Source: Geosiphon pyriformis uo1
Lineage: Eukaryota; Fungi; Glomeromycota
Assembly: GCA_016748015.1 (NCBI GenBank)
Contig: JAAOMT010000039.1
Location: 144,293-208,292 of the forward strand
Direction: 5' to 3'
Length of the DNA: 64,000 bases
Position 1 is the stretch's first letter; each line of letters starts with the position of its first letter. Positions 62,081 to 64,000 of this stretch are shown here, piece by piece. Position numbers and translations under genes: made by a program. Below the pieces are notes generated by a model. That model saw only the letters and a list, made by a program, of their open reading frames with translations, was not told the origin of the DNA and made no database searches.

Positions 62081-64000
62081 GAATTTATTATTATTAAGCG
62101 AAATATTTAAATTAAATATATATTAAGTTTAACATTCGAGTAAATTTTTCATCAATCTTATAAGTTTAATTAGCAAAATATTTATATTATTTGTAATAAT
62201 ATTTAATTTGTTTTAAATAAATATTATCCAAAAATGAGTTTAACTTTATAATTTTTTTTAAAAAGTTTCAATTTTTTGTTAATATATACTACAACTTTTG
62301 TATTCAATTGGTGAAAAGCATTTTTTTAAGTTGAATTTTATATTAATTTTGCTAATACGTATTCCAAAAAAAATGTCAACCAATTTTTTCTGCAACAAAA
62401 TTTTTTTAAATTTTTAATTTCAAATTCAGTTTTTAATAATTTTTTATACTTTTTTTTAATTTTATAGCAATTTAAAATAAATTATATATTTATTAATTAT
62501 CAAAAAAAAAACTTTTTTTAATGAATTACCCATTTCAAAAAAATATAAAATTAAATTGTTAAATTTTTTCTTAGGATTGTAAATGCTTTTTTTTTTTAAT
62601 AAATTGTTAACTGGCAATTAAAATTTTATATAATTGTTGTTTAATTAATCAAAAATTTTTCATGTATATACAATGCTAAACAATTTTTTTTCAAATTATT
62701 AATTAAAATAACAAATTAACAAATAACAGAAATAAAAATAGTTTTATAATTAATTTTATAATTATTTAATTTATATAATACTTAAATATTCAATACTATT
62801 ATTTTTTTTAGTTTTTATTATGTACATATATATAATTCAATTATTATTGCATTAATATGTTTAATTTTATGTTCAACCATTTGATTGATTATTTTATTGT
62901 CTATAATATTTAAATGTTTTTTTTTTTACTTTAATTCAATTTATATAAAAATTTCTTTTAAATATTAACTCTAAAACATATCTATTTTATTCAATATTTA
63001 TGTTACAAATCAAATTTATTTATTATAAAGCTATTAAAGCACATATTAATAAACTTTAATTCATATTAAAAAGAGTAATATAACTAAAAAATAAATTTGG
63101 CAATGTTAAAAATAAATTATAATTAATACAGTTATATAATTGAAAATTACAACCATCTAACAATTAAGTATTATATTGGTTATAATTTATTAAGATATTA
63201 TTTTTAATTGTAAAGTTTTAAATAAATTGAATTTAAATTTATACAATTTTTTAAACGTAATTTTTTTTTATACACAATTTTCTAAATATGAAATTACTTA
63301 AAACAATATTTAACAATTAAAAATAAACAAGTTTTTTGATTGTACAAATCTTAATAAAGCTAAAATTAATCATGATTTTAACTTTAATTTAAATATTTTA
63401 TTATCAATTAACAAAAAAAAATTCTTTAAAATTTTGGATTTTATTTAATAGTCAAAAACTTTAAAACATATTATTTTAAATAATTAATAACTTATAAAAA
63501 TGTTTAATATTACAAAAAAATATTATTCTAAATTAAATTAATATGTTGCATAATACACAAGTATAATTAAATAAAATAATCAAACTATATAATATTAAAG
63601 AGTTGGCCAAAATCTTTAATAATTTATTATAATTTTTTGTAGTTTGCCAAAATATTAGCAAAAAAATAATATTATAACTTAAACACTTTTAGGTGTTTTT
63701 ATCAACAAAAATTAAAAAATAGATCTTAAAATTTGTAAAAAACAGTTTAATACAGCCATGTTGAAAGAATTACATAAATATTTAAACATAATATTATTAA
63801 TAAAAATTTCAATGTATTAAACGTTAAAATAATTAATGTTCAGTTTCTTATTAACAAACTAAATTACAAAATTTTTTTAAACAAACAAGTTTTATTTGTT
63901 ATTTGTGAGTTTATTTGGTTTTTGTTATTTTTTATTTGTTCTATCTCTACGACGTTGGATTGCGACACATTGGTCCATCCAGTGGTCCCTGAGTCAGTCA

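Noticed and set aside
63690-63800. Minus-strand NNIMFKYLCNSFNM resembling an integrase segment
   Set aside because: Too short and too degraded to assign

Overview
AT-rich eukaryotic (fungal) genomic DNA with short GT-AG introns. The gene families (BTB-BACK-TLD, Kelch-TM, F-box/LRR) and the LINE family point to an arbuscular-mycorrhizal-type Glomeromycotina genome; this is inference and no search was run. Host genes: two divergent BTB-TLD paralogs, a Kelch pseudogene, an orphan ORF, a multi-TM protein, a BTB-CAP-Gly protein, a DUF4203/TMEM198-like protein, a small spliced orphan, a GPI-anchored Gly/Asn/Ser-rich protein, a spliced protein with a C-terminal Zn2Cys6 cluster, and an F-box/LRR protein. 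Mobile DNA: a near-complete RNase H-bearing LINE nested inside an almost C/G-erased older relative, a CpG-intact LINE 3' fragment, an internally deleted pogo element, a Tc1 relic and a dispersed repeat in three copies. The most notable signal is not visible in the ORF track: two decayed, complementary copies of an IS607-type element (39.1-40.4 kb and 43.8-44.9 kb, minus strand). Together they encode a eukaryotic TnpB/Fanzor2 RNA-guided nuclease; one copy keeps a serine-recombinase tnpA remnant, and both share a 3' non-coding segment that may be the omegaRNA. A second theme is graded C/G erasure of repeats with apparent ApC/GpT survival. All motif calls come from manual translation and family knowledge.
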